Source: the human T2T-CHM13v2.0 reference genome, Homo sapiens. Taken from it: a stretch of 64,000 nucleotides of DNA. The translations under genes and the position numbers were made by a program. A model generated the notes under the pieces. That model was not told where the DNA came from. It was given only the letters and a program-made list of their open reading frames with translations, and searched no databases. The stretch is taken from the NCBI RefSeq assembly GCF_009914755.1, contig NC_060926.1; one strand, given 5' to 3'. Shown here piece after piece: positions 12,265 through 25,389 of the stretch. Every line of letters starts with the position of its first letter. Positions within the stretch are counted from its first letter, which is position 1.

Positions 12265-13056
12265 TGAAATGGGATAGTACCCTTGACCCCTTTGTGGAAT
12301 TTGCAAAGGGGTTGGCTCATTTACTCAGCTCGCAGCTCTCAACTGCTTGTGGGAGGGGAGCACACAGGTGAGCCGGTACAAAGGCCGGGACGGGCACTTT
12401 TAGGAAACTAGCAGGAACAGAACTTTGTGCAGGGCCGCAGCAGTATCTAGGGGTTGCCTGCGACCCCTGGAGCCCCAGAGGGCATGTGTTACAGTTTGTT
12501 CTTTTAGCTTTGTTGTCCCTGGACAGCATAAGTGTTAAACAGCTCAGTGGAGGGTCAGTGTGACAGCCTCTTGCACCCACGCCTGGGTCCTTTTCCAGAG
12601 TCCAAGGAGAATCAGGTCACCCAAACAAGTTGAAGGGTGGTGAATGTGGAGGATTTTATTGAGGGGTGGAAGTGGCTCTTAGTGGGATGGGGAGCTGGAA
12701 AGGAGATGGGGTGGAAAGGTGGTCTTCCCCTGGAGTTCAGACAACCCCAGCCAAACTCTTCTCCGAGGTCCCACAGTTAAGCCATCTCTCTGAAGTCAGG
12801 TTGCTTCTCTCCAATGTCTAACTGCTTCTTCTCTTCTCTCCTTCCCTGCCACTCTGCCTCTCTTCCAGTGGGGCCTAGGGTTTTTAATGGGTACAGGATG
12901 GGAGGTGGGGCAGGCCAGGGTGGTTTTGGAAAAGGCAACATTTGAGTGGAAAAATGCATGTTCTCACTTTGGGCTGTGGGTCCAGGCTTGAGGGTGTGGC
13001 CCTCACCAGGGACTGCCCTCTTCTACCCAGTATTTCCCTGCCTCCTGTCCATATCG
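12265..13056 (-). mobile_element. Complete 5' LTR, 792 bp (LTR1/LTR27/LTR28/MER52 group)
   Basis: Minus strand begins CGATATGGACAGGAGGCAGGGAAATACTGGGTAGAAGAGGGC and ends TATCCCATTTCA before the PBS. Confidence 0.85.
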
Positions 13057-15600
13057 CTAGCCAGAGCAATCAGACAAGAGAAAGAAATAAAGGGCATCCA
13101 AATTGGTAAAGAGGAAATCAAACTGTTGCTGTTTGCTGATGACATGGTTGTATACATAGAAAACCCTAAAGACTCACTCAAAAAGCTCCTAGAGCTGGTA
13201 AATTAATTCAGCAAAGTTTCTGGATGCAAAATCAATGTACACAAATCAGTAGCACTGTTGTACATCAAAAATGACCAAGCTGAGAATCAAATCAAGAATT
13301 CAAACCTTTTCACAATCACTGCAAAAAAATAAAATAACATACTTAGGAATGTACTTAACCAAGGAGGTGAAAGACCTCTACAGGGAAAACTATGAAACAC
13401 TGCTGAAAGAAATCATAGATGACACAAAAACATGGAAACACAACCCATGCTCATGGATGGATAGAATCAATATTGTAAAACTGATCATACTGCCAAAATC
13501 AATCTACAAATTAAATGCAATTCCCATCAAAATACTTGCCATCATTCTTCACAGAACTAGAAAAAACAATCCCCAAATTCATATGGGATCAAAAAAGAGC
13601 CCACATAACCAAAGCAAGACTAAGCAAGAAGAACAAATCTGGAGGCATTACGTTACCTGACTTCAAACTATACTATAAGGCCATAGTCACTAAAACACCC
13701 CTCCTGATATAAAAACAGGCATATAGACCAATGGAACAGAATAGAAAACTCAGAAATAAAGCCAAATATTTACAGTTAACTGATCTTTGACAAAGCAGAC
13801 AAAAACATAAAGTGGGGAAAGAACACCCTATTCAACAAATGGAGCTGAGATAATTGGCAAGCCACATGTAGAAAAATGAAACTGAATCTTCGTCTCTCAC
13901 TTTATACAAAAATCAACTCGAGATGGATCAAAGACTTAAATCTAAGACCTGAAATCATAAAGATTCTAGAAGATAAGATTGGAAAAACCCTTCTAGACAT
14001 TGGATTAGTCAAAGACTTCATGACCAAGAACCCTAAAGCAAGCACAGCAAAAACACAGATACATAGATGGGACTTACTGAAACTGAAAAGCTTCTTCCCA
14101 GCAAAAGAAATAATCAGCAGAGTAAACAGACAACCCACAGAGTGGGAGAAAATCTTCACAATCTATATATTGGACAAAGGACTAATATCCAGAATCTACA
14201 AGGAACTCAAACAAATCAGCAAGAAAAATCCAAACACCCCTATCAAAAAGTGGGCTATAGACATAAATAGATAATTCTCAAAAGAAGATATACAAATGGC
14301 CAACAAACATGAAAAAATGCTTAACATCACTATTTATCAGGGAGATGCATCTTACTCCTTCAAGAATGGCCATAATCAAAAAAAATTTTTTTTAAAAGCT
14401 GTTGGTGTGGATTTGGTGAAAAGGGAACACTTCTACACTGTTGGTGGGAATGTAAACTAGTACAACCACTATGAAAAACAGCACAGAGATTCCTTAAAGA
14501 ACTAAAAGTAGATCTCCCGTTTGATCCAGGAATCCCACTCCCAGGTATCTATTCAGAAGAAAGGAAGTCATTACACAAAAAAGATAGTTGCACACACATG
14601 TTTATAGATGCACAATTTGCAATTGAAAAAATATGAAACCAGCCCAAATGCCCATCAAACAAGTGGATAAAGAAAATGTTTTTTATATATATATACATAT
14701 AAAGTTTATATATATTTATATATCACATATGTTATAACATATATGTGTTATATATAACATATATAAATGCCACATATAACATTTATATATTATATATGTG
14801 ATATATGTATAATATTACGTATTATATATGTGCAATAAAGGCAATATTGCAGGTTGCTGCAAATGCCATTATTTCGTTCCTTTTTGTGGCTGAATATTCC
14901 ATGGTGTGTGTGTGTGTGTGTGTGAGTATATATATAAAAAATATATAAAACACATATATAAACATATATAATATATTATATAACATATTTTATATATAAA
15001 CATATTACATATAAATATTATATATATTATATAACATATATTTTATATATAAACATATTACATATAAATATTATATATAATATATAAATATATATTATAT
15101 ATAAACATATATAAAATATATAATATAGTATATAAAGTATTTTATATAGTTTATATATATAAACTATATAAAACATATATAACATATTACATGTTTTATA
15201 TGTGTGTTTACATATATATATATATACACCATGGAATACTCAGCCACAAAAAGGAATGAAATAATGGCATTTGCAGCAACCTGGATGGAATTGGAGACCA
15301 TTATCCTAAGTGAAGTAACGCAGGAATAGAAAACCAAATATCATCATATGTTCTCACTCATAAGTGGGAGCTAAGCTATGAGGATTCAAAGGCATAAGAA
15401 TGATACAATGGACTTTGGGGACTCAGGTAAAAGGGTGGGAGGGGGGTGATGGATAAAAGAATACACATTGGGTGCAGTGTACACTGATTGGGTGATGGGT
15501 GCACCAAAATCTCAGGAATCATCACTAAAGCACTTACTCATGTAACCAACACCACCTTTTCCCCAAAAACCTAATGAAATAAGTAAATAAATAAAATTTA
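13057..15600 (+). mobile_element. L1PB element, 3' part (ORF2 RT/C-terminus remnant and L1PB1-type 3' UTR)
   Basis: Resumes at [20 protein letters not shown]...LFADD (FADD 13132-13143); 3' UTR gggtgatgggtgcaccaaaatctcag...catgtaacc; A-rich tail near 15576-15602. Confidence 0.92.
14680..15225. repeat. Expanded TA-rich/(TG)n tract inside L1PB, containing an inverted L1 segment
   Basis: (TA)-derived low-complexity sequence with internal tandem copies; inverted 58-bp L1 piece at 14850-14907. Confidence 0.92.
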
Positions 15601-15604
15601 AAGG

Positions 15605-16078
15605 AAACCATATTCACAAAGGACTTGTATGTGAATAATCACACCAACTTTTCTCATAATAGCAAAAAATTGACATTCATCAAGGGTTGAAAATATTACT
15701 GTATTTTTACACAATAGAACACTACTCAGTAATAAAAATGAATGAGATACTAATGTCTGTAACAACATGAACAAATATTAAAAACATTATAATAAGCAAA
15801 AGAAAAAAGATACAAAATAGTTCAAACAGTATAATTTCATTTATGTGAACTTCTAAGAAAACCAAAATTAATACGCTATAACAAAAAGCAGATCAATGAT
15901 TGCCAGAATTAAGGGAGGGAGCAGTTTGACCATAAAGGGGAGTGAAATAACTTGTGGGGATGATGAAATATGTCAATTGTGATGCTGGTTACATGAGTGT
16001 ATATGTGTATTTGTCCATCATTGAATTGTTCATGTAAATTGGGTAAATCTGACGATAAATTATAGCTTTAAAACTTTT
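15605..16078 (+). mobile_element. Old L1M 3' end, right part of split host element
   Basis: cacaaaggacttgtatgtgaat...aaagcagatcaatgattgccag...ggggatgatgaaatatg...ggttacatgagtgtata, L1MD/L1ME-type 3' UTR. Confidence 0.75.
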
Positions 16079-16093
16079 TAAAATGCATCTCTA

Positions 16094-16471
16094 GGCCAGG
16101 TGCGGTGGCTCACGCTTGTAATCCCAGCATTTTGGGAGGTCAAGGTGAGCGGAACACATGAGGTCAGGAGTTCGAGACCAGCCTCGCCAAGATGGAGAAA
16201 CCATATCTCTACTAAAAAAAAAATATATATATATATATATACACACACATATATATATATATATACACACAAAAATGTGTATATATATATATATACACAC
16301 AAAAATCTGCCGGCCATGGTGGCACATGCCTGTAATCCCAGCTACCCGGGAGGCTGAGGCAAGAGAATTGCTTGAACCCAGGAGGCAGAGGTGGTAGGTT
16401 GTAGTGAGCTGAGATTGCACCACTGCACTCCAGCCTGGCTCACAGAGCAAGACTCTGTCTCAGGGGAAAAA
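16094..16471 (+). mobile_element. AluS with expanded central linker
   Basis: Both monomers present; perfect 14-bp TSD AAAATGCATCTCTA (16080-16093, 16472-16485). Confidence 0.96.
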
Positions 16472-17160
16472 AAAATGCATCTCTATTGTTCCTAAAGAAT
16501 TCTGCACACTCCTTGTATGTGCTCCAGCATAAGTCCTTCAGTCTTTCCCCCTTACTCCATGATTTATTGTCAGGCGCATGTATAATGAAAGTCAAACTAG
16601 AGAACAACTTAGAAATGCTATTGAAAGTAAATCCTCCCAGAGGTTATGATGTCCCTTTTGTATTGGCTTCTTGGTTTCATCCAAACATCTATCCAGAGGA
16701 AGACGACTTCTTGCTCTCAGAAGTGCCCTCTTGGATCTCTGTGGCTTAGCATCCTGCCTAGTAATCCACCAGCCCAAAAGTAAGTGAAAATCCCTCCTCT
16801 CCAGCCCACATTCCCTCTCTCACCCTTATCCCCTCCTCTGCTCAAGAACAGCTTCAAGAGTAACATCCCTCCACCTTTGATAGGCCAGAATAGGACAGAA
16901 CACTGATTCCTTGCAAGGGAAGAAGAACCGATGTGTGATGTACTCTATAAGCCGAATCAGACAATCTCAATAATTTATGTCCCAGAGCCTAAGTTGTTTA
17001 GTCTTAAAGAAAACAGATCCTATGGAACGGTACACCAAGCCATGCTTCTCCAGCACACTATATAAGAAAAGTAAATCATCCATATCTCTCTGGTAAACAA
17101 ATGTTTGCTGAAGAACAACCCCACACAAAATGTTTTCTGAAAAATGTATGTGTGTATGAG

Positions 17161-17190
17161 CACACACACACACATACACACACACACACA
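17161..17190. repeat. (CA)n microsatellite
   Basis: Interrupted CA run. Confidence 0.9.
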
Positions 17191-18224
17191 ATCTTCCAAA
17201 AAAAAAGCAATAATATTCCAATACGGAAAAATCTAAATCCAGATTTCAGAAAAAAATTAACTCCTCTAACTGTAGCTAACTCCTCTGCTAAGATATCCAA
17301 ATGTATAATTAACAGGACCCAAGAAAAGAAGAAGATAGGTAAAAGGAGAAAGAGGTGGAGAAGATAAAAGAGCATAGAGCTTGGGTTGAGAAAATGCATT
17401 TTACAAATTAAAGCTGTGCCATTTAATTGATCCTTTGGCATTAGTGTGACTACGAACACAAATGCTGGTTCCCTGAATGATCCAGGATATAAAGACAGAC
17501 AGATATACAAGCTGATAAAGACATTCACATATGTACACATATACATAGACAAACAGACAATAGACAGATAAAATATCAACATCGATTTTTAAAATCTTTT
17601 AAAGAATTTTGACTTCACACAAAATATCTCCATTGATCCTCAGAAGTCAATTCCAGTTTGGGGAACACTCAACAGGAAATCTTTTTTTAAGGCATAAAAA
17701 AAGAAGACCTGTGTCTCAATTCCATTACGATGAAGCAAACAGGCTATAGGCATTTTCAACCCCGTTTACAGGCATTTTCAACCCCATGAGTAACATAAAC
17801 TACACAGTGGCCTCTTCATGACAAAGCTAAAACAGTCAAGTGTAAAAGTTGGACATCGCCCAAAATTTTAGAAACAGCCGGAGATTTGCAGTCTCTTAGA
17901 TAGAACATCAGCTTTTTATTTGTTTGCTTTTTTTCCTGGGGCAAAGGAGAGAGACTAGTAAGAAAACTGACATCTGTTGCTCACCTCCTAAATGCCACGC
18001 ATTTGGTACATATATTACATATATCACCAGATGCAACTTAATATAATTGTGTAATTTAGAAACAGCAAACAAGAGTGGTAATTTGAAATCATTTTACACT
18101 ATTACAGAAGATACAGATGGAGCTTAAAAATCTTCCATGAAGCTTCAAATCATTTAACTCTCATAGTTTATATGTTTCCCGAAAGATTAACTATTTTGTG
18201 TGTTTTTTTAATTTATTAATGTCT

Positions 18225-18362
18225 GTTTTGTCCACTAGACTATTGTGTGCATCAGGGAATTTGTCACGTCTAGATTTTGCAAACCACTGTATCCCCAGTT
18301 CCTAGCATGTGGGCCTTCTTGTATTAAAGATTCAATTGAAATTTGTAAAATGAACGAATGAG
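18225..18362 (+). mobile_element. L2 3' end
   Basis: ccactagactattg...ccactgtatccccagttcctagca...aatttgtaaaatgaacgaatga. Confidence 0.7.
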
Positions 18363-19099
18363 CACATTGTGGTTCATTTTCTCCGTATCACTTATATCCA
18401 TAGGACACGTTGATTTTCTCAGTTTGGGGAAACAATCCTTAAACTCTTCTCTGTTGAAACAGAGGGCATAATATTAACACCAGCACCTGAAAACTGAAGT
18501 ATGGAGTTATGAACAGGAAGCTAAAAATAGTTTCCTCTGGTAATAGCTTCATCTGACAAATGTTAGGCTCTTTAAAGCCTCCCTCTTGTAGACACAGGGC
18601 AAAGCAATATGTTCACAGTTGTCAAGTAACACTCCTTGCTGAAATTTAAGTAGGACAAAACCTGACAGTGAACCACGGCAGACTGTAAGTCCTGGTTACA
18701 TAACATGGCCTAGGAAAATGAGTGCTTTTCAGATTAACTTGAATGCCAAAGCTGAAGCTATGAACATAATTATAGCTGATATTTTTGTTCACCTGCCTGA
18801 CAGATAGCAATAATGTATTGTCTCATACAGAAAATAATTTAATTTTTAGAAGAGAAGAAGAAAAATGACTCACAGTATTAAAGGACAAAATGGGTACTAT
18901 TTCTTCTTCCATTTGTGCTAGCCAGCATTCTTTGGTGGTAAAGATCTAACTCAGATCTATGTCCCCAGGAATATGTGGCTTGTTAACCTTGAGGAAATAA
19001 GAAAGACAGATCACTACTAACCCATCTGATGGATTCAACAGTCTAGCTAAATTGGCCTACTTGAAAAAGAGCCCCACAATAATAACAATGCAATTATAA

Positions 19100-19215
19100 T
19101 AACAAATTTCAGTTAACACTTGTTGAGTGTCTTCTACGGCCAGGTGCTGTTTTCGATGACGGAGATACACCAGTGAACAAAACAGGGAAAAGTCAAAATA
19201 GCTTTCATGGAGTCT
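19100..19215 (-). mobile_element. L2 3' end
   Basis: ttgagtgtcttctacggccaggtgctgtt...ggagatacaccagtgaacaaaacag...ttcatggagt. Confidence 0.75.
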
Positions 19216-19529
19216 GCCTAATAAAAAACTGTCTCCCAAAATCACCCCTGCTTGTCATAGAATTGTTTTGAGGCTATAGATGAACTATAGAGAAAAGGGA
19301 AAGAAAAGGTTGTCCACACTAATTTCCAAATTAGACAGTGGGTACCTGAATCCCCAATCTATTCTAGTAACTCTGCACCTCAAATCCATTTAGTCATCTA
19401 TGGGCATTCTCTAGCATTTGGTCATCTTTCTACACTTCAAGTTGAATAGGACAAGGATTGAAAAGAATGTGGTTTGCTGCTTATTATCTTGGAACCAAAA
19501 GCTGATGTGTAATGACATAGGTTTAGTTG

Positions 19530-19830
19530 GTACATCAAATTGTTAATGCTCAGTTCTCATTGTTTACTGACCTAGCAGCAGCACTTGGAATAATAGATCA
19601 CATCCTCTCCTTGATAGACTTTCTTCACTTGGCTCCTAGAACATCACTCTGTTTATATTTGATTCCTCTGATTATGTATTCTCAGTCTCTTTGGATATGT
19701 CCTGCTCCTATCCTTGAACTCTTTAATGGCAATGGCCCAAGTCTTGGTCCTCAGTTTTCTTCTACTCTTTATTTCAACTAACTCTGTTGGGAATCTCCAA
19801 CCCTATGTCTTTAAATATCAATTGTAGAGC
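19530..19830 (+). mobile_element. L2 ORF2 reverse-transcriptase fragment
   Basis: ORF 19527..19781 DLAAALGIIDH and GPSLGPQF resemble the L2 RT motifs DLSAAFDTVDH and GSVLGPLLF. Confidence 0.65.
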
Positions 19831-20699
19831 CTTGACAGAACATCTGGTATCAGATTTATCCCTCCACTATACACAACAAAAATATCTGAACAAAACACAT
19901 AAAACAACTGTTAGTAAACACTGAACAGCAGTCATGTTGAGCCACGCTTCTTGAGAGAAGAGATTAAATGAGGTGAGCACTGTATTCACTTCTCCTTTCT
20001 CTGTAGCATTTTCCAAATAGCTATGTGGGGAAGTAGAGCCTGACAGAGTACAGTAGTTTGGTGGTAGAAACAGAGATAAAACCTTTGGAGTAATAATGTA
20101 TCAGAGATTTTGGAGCTGGGTTAAAAGAGAAAAGTAAGCCACAGAAAATGATCCAAAAAAATTCTCCACAAAATGCACCTCTGGTCCTTAGACAACTTCT
20201 ACAGAGCAAGGTTCCAGGAGGCCTAGAAGACAGGAGCTCCTGGGAGGCTAAGTCCTGAACGGAGATTTTAAGATCACACAGCTCCGGAGCGGTGCTGGGG
20301 TTGGGGCCCAGCCAAACCCTATCTTTGGCAACAACATAAGCATTGGATTGTGACCAATGACAACAGAAAACAAGACAATGCCCCAGCAGTAATGATTACA
20401 TGCTAAGAATAGGAACTACGTTCTGGTACAAAGGGAGTCATCGAGGTAACCCTACACCATGAAAGCCTAAAACAAAGGTCTGACAAGAGCAAAGTAGTCT
20501 GCCGCTAACTGAACTGCCTGTCTGACAAAAAAAAAGTGACATTTTTTAGAAGAAGATAACATAATTCAGAAACTCTACAATATGTCATGCATAATGTCTA
20601 ACCTATAATTGAGAAATAATACACATATGCAGAGACAGGAAAAATGATTGATAATCAGATGATAAGATTATTAATGGAAGTGTACAAAGAAATGATCCA

Positions 20700-21000
20700 G
20701 GCCAGATGCAGTGGCTCATGCCTGTAATCCTAAAATTTTGGGAGGCCAAGACAGGTGGATTGCCTGAGCTCAGGAGTTTGAGACCAGCCTGGACAACATG
20801 GTGAAACCTGTCTCTACTAAAATGCAAATAATCAGCCGGGTATGGTGGCAGGCACCTGTAATCCCAGCTACTCAGGAGGCTGAGGCACAAGAATTGCTTG
20901 AACCTAGGAGGTGGAGGTTGCAGTGAGCCGAGATTGTGCAACTGCACTCCAGCCTGGGCAACAAAGTGAAACTCTGTCTCAAAAAAAAGAAAAAAAAAAA
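20700..21000 (+). mobile_element. Alu (AluS-like)
   Basis: Full dimer with A tail; partial TSD GATCCAG on both sides. Confidence 0.95.
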
Positions 21001-21445
21001 GATCCAGTTATTGGAGCTGGCATGTAAGCACATTAGCAAAAATAATATATTAAAAATAACAGCAAAACATGGACGGAATAGATTAAATGATGGAATATTC
21101 AATAGATAATATGAAACTACAAAATTAAATGGACATTCTCGAACTGAAAAATGTAATTTCTGAAATTAAGATCTCATTAGAGCGATTTAACAATAGATGG
21201 GATTAGGAAGAATCTAACATTTGTAAACTTAAAGGCAGGCCAATAGAAAATGTGTGGCCTGAAACACCAGAGGGGAGAAAAGAGGCAGTAAGAAACAGAG
21301 CAAGTCATCAGAAATATGAGGCACAGCCAAAATGATTAACATGTATGTGATGAAAGTCCTAGAATAAAAAAAGAGGAGAGAGAATGGGACAGAAACAATA
21401 TTTGAAAAGACATCAACACACAGCAGGAGATCATATCGATACATA

Positions 21446-22191
21446 CAGATGGAGTATTCCTTATTCTATATGCTTGGGACCGGAAGTGTTTTGGATTTTG
21501 ATTTTTTTTGAATTTTAGAATATTTGCATATACATAATGAGGTATCTTGGGGGATACGATTCAATCGAAACACAACACTTATTTTTGTTTCATATACACC
21601 TTATACACATAGCCTGAATGTAATTTTATACAATATTTTAAATAACTTTGTGCATCAAGGTTTGTATACACTGAACCATCTGAAAGCAAAGGTGTCACTA
21701 TCACAGCCACTCATGTGAATAATCCAGCCTTGTTTGGCCTCACCATCACTCCTGACTCTGAATTTGTATAGTACCAATAATCAATCATTTTATCACACTT
21801 ATTCATATGTAAGTGCTTAACAGTAAAAGATACGACAATTAATACAGTGAAAAAGATCCTGTGTTGAGGGTGATGGTGGCATCACCAGAACACCTGCATC
21901 AGCTGTTAAACAACAGACTACAGCAGACTTGCAGTCTCCACCTTTGATGTTGTGTTTTCATTAAAAGGCTACTGTGTTTTATTTTTTTAGGGAAAAGAAA
22001 CATCAGAAACAGTTGAGGGACCAGGAAGTGGGGTCCAGTAAGGAATGAAAAGGCATTCTGAATAAATTGTGTTGTGCACTTGCATTTTGACTAAAATGTG
22101 ACATTTTCCACATATTAGTGCTCAAAAAATTTTATATTTTGGAGCATTTCATTTTGGATTTTGGATTTTTTGATTAGGGATGCTTAACCCA
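21446..22191 (-). mobile_element. Tigger4 (Zombi/MER46) DNA transposon, internally deleted
   Basis: Decayed TIRs cagatggagtattccttat ... attagggatgcttaaccca, with TA at 21444-21445 and 22192-22193; interior resembles Tigger4. Confidence 0.85.
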
Positions 22192-22499
22192 TACACACAC
22201 ACACAGGCACGCACTGTATAACACACACACACACCCAGAAGGAGATTGCATGTGTGTATGTCTGTGTGTGCATGAGAGAGAGACAGAGACCTAGGCATTG
22301 CCATCAGTTCATCAGGTAAAAAACACTAAGAATTTGGGCTAATTAGGGCTAATTTTACAACAGAAACTATGAAAGTCCAAAGACACGGAATAACATTTTT
22401 AAAGCATGTATAGGGAGGTGGGGGCATGCAACCAGTAAAACAATTTCAAAAATGAAGGCAAAATTAAAATATTCTCATTAAGATGAGGTAAATATTCTA

Positions 22500-22672
22500 T
22501 ATCTCAACTTTATCAATAACAATATCCTGGTTGTGAGTTTACACTTTAGTTTTGCAAAATATGGCCTTAATGGAAACTGGAGAAATAATACACGGGATTT
22601 CTCTGTCTTATGTCTTACAACTACATGTGAATCTATAATTACCTACCAATAAAAACTTGAATTAAAAAAAAA
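22500..22672 (+). mobile_element. L1MC/L1MD-type 3' terminus
   Basis: tcctggttgtga...ggaaactgg...tcttacaactacatgtgaatctataatta...aataaaaa plus A tail. Confidence 0.75.
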
Positions 22673-22853
22673 GTTTTTAGAAAAACAAAAGCTGAAATAT
22701 TTGGTGACAGAAAACCAGAACAACAAGAAATATTAAAGGAAGTTTTCAAAATTAAAAAAAGTGAATCCCTCTGGAAGCACAGCAATGCAAGAAGAAATGA
22801 ACAACTCAAGAGAGAGTAAATATGCGGGTCAATGTAAAAGAATATGTTACTTA

Positions 22854-23162
22854 GGCTGGGCCCGATGGCTCATGCCTGTAATCCCAGAACTTTGGGAGGC
22901 CAAGGCAGGTGGATCACTTGAGCTCAAGAGTTTGAGACCACCCTAGCCAACGTGGCAAAACCCTGTCTCTACTAAAAATGCAAAAATTAGCCAGGTGCGG
23001 TGGTGGGTGCCTGTAATCCCAGCTACTCGGAAGGATGAGGCAGAAGGATCACTTGAACCCAGGAGTCAGAGGTTGCAGTGAGCCGAGATTGTGCCACTGC
23101 ACTCCAGCCTGGGCAATAGAGCCAGACTCCATCTCAAAAAATAATAATAATAATAAAATAAA
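22854..23162 (+). mobile_element. Alu (AluS/J)
   Basis: Full dimer with an (AAT)n-type tail. Confidence 0.95.
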
Positions 23163-23649
23163 GATTATCAGTTATTTTAAGCAACAATAAAATCAATGTT
23201 TTATGGGATATATAACATGCAAAAGTAAAACTTTTGACAATAACAACAAAAAGCTGTGAGAGAGGACAATGGAGCTAAACTAGTAAGATATTCTTATATA
23301 TTTTATGAAGCAGTAAAATACTGATATAAGGTAAACTGGAACATTTTGTAATTTTAAAGACAATTACTAAAAAATTATACTGAGAGTTATTACAATAAAT
23401 CTAATATACAACCAAAGTGATTATTAATTATTTTTAAAACATGATAAATTTCAAAGAAAACATGAAGTAAGGAACAAAGAAAATATATAAATGAAACCAA
23501 GAGGAAGTAATTAGCAAGGTGTCAGACTTACACCCAACGATATCAGTACTTACATTTTAATATAAGTGAATCAAATACTTCAAATAAGCGAAAATGTTTT
23601 CAGAACTGATCAAAATGCACACACACAAAATAATTCTATGTGCAAAAAC

Positions 23650-25125
<1,476 letters not shown>

Positions 25126-25326
25126 ATTGTACCTTAAGAGGCCATGATTTTGGATGGATATTGAAATTACCTTTAGCTAGAGAAGACCAAGGAGCAGAGA
25201 TAAAGCTTATAAGCCTTAAATATTCATGGGACCCCTGCGATGTTTTAGGCACTTTTATCTGCATGCTCTGACTCCATATTTGCTGCTTAATCAGATTGAT
25301 TGATTGATTTATTATGAATGTAAAGG

Positions 25327-25389
25327 GTGTGTCTGTGTATGTGTGTGTGCCTGTGTACGTGTGTGTGCCTGTGTATGTGTGTGTATGTG
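25327..25389. repeat. (TG)-derived 18-bp periodic repeat
   Basis: ctgtgta(t/c)gtgtgtgtgc repeated about 3 times. Confidence 0.85.

Larger units (their letters stand above)
8958..13056 (-). mobile_element. ERV1 non-autonomous provirus (HUERS-P/MER52-int-like), antisense inside L1PB ORF2
   Basis: Minus-strand order: 5' LTR, tRNA-Pro PBS, leader, gag, env tail, PPT, truncated 3' LTR. No pro/pol recognisable. Confidence 0.88.
19840..23640 (+). mobile_element. Old L1ME-type 5' UTR/ORF1/inter-ORF remnant, interrupted by two Alus, Tigger4 and an L1 3' end
   Basis: A-rich L1 ORF1-like text (gaactgaaaaatgtaatttctgaaatt...tttaacaatagat; acaacagaaactatgaaagtc; ttcaaaaatgaaggcaaaat) and an ORF2-start-like segment near 23520-23580. 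Confidence 0.65.

Noticed and set aside
12946-13206. LTR-L1 RT fusion ORF containing FADD
   Set aside because: A chance read-through from antisense LTR sequence into the L1 frame; it stops after 86 aa and the upstream RT motifs are deleted.
17076-17582. Longest ORF (168 aa, minus strand)
   Set aside because: Low-complexity F/L/C/V-rich translation of the T-rich strand and a (TG)n tract; no domain signal.
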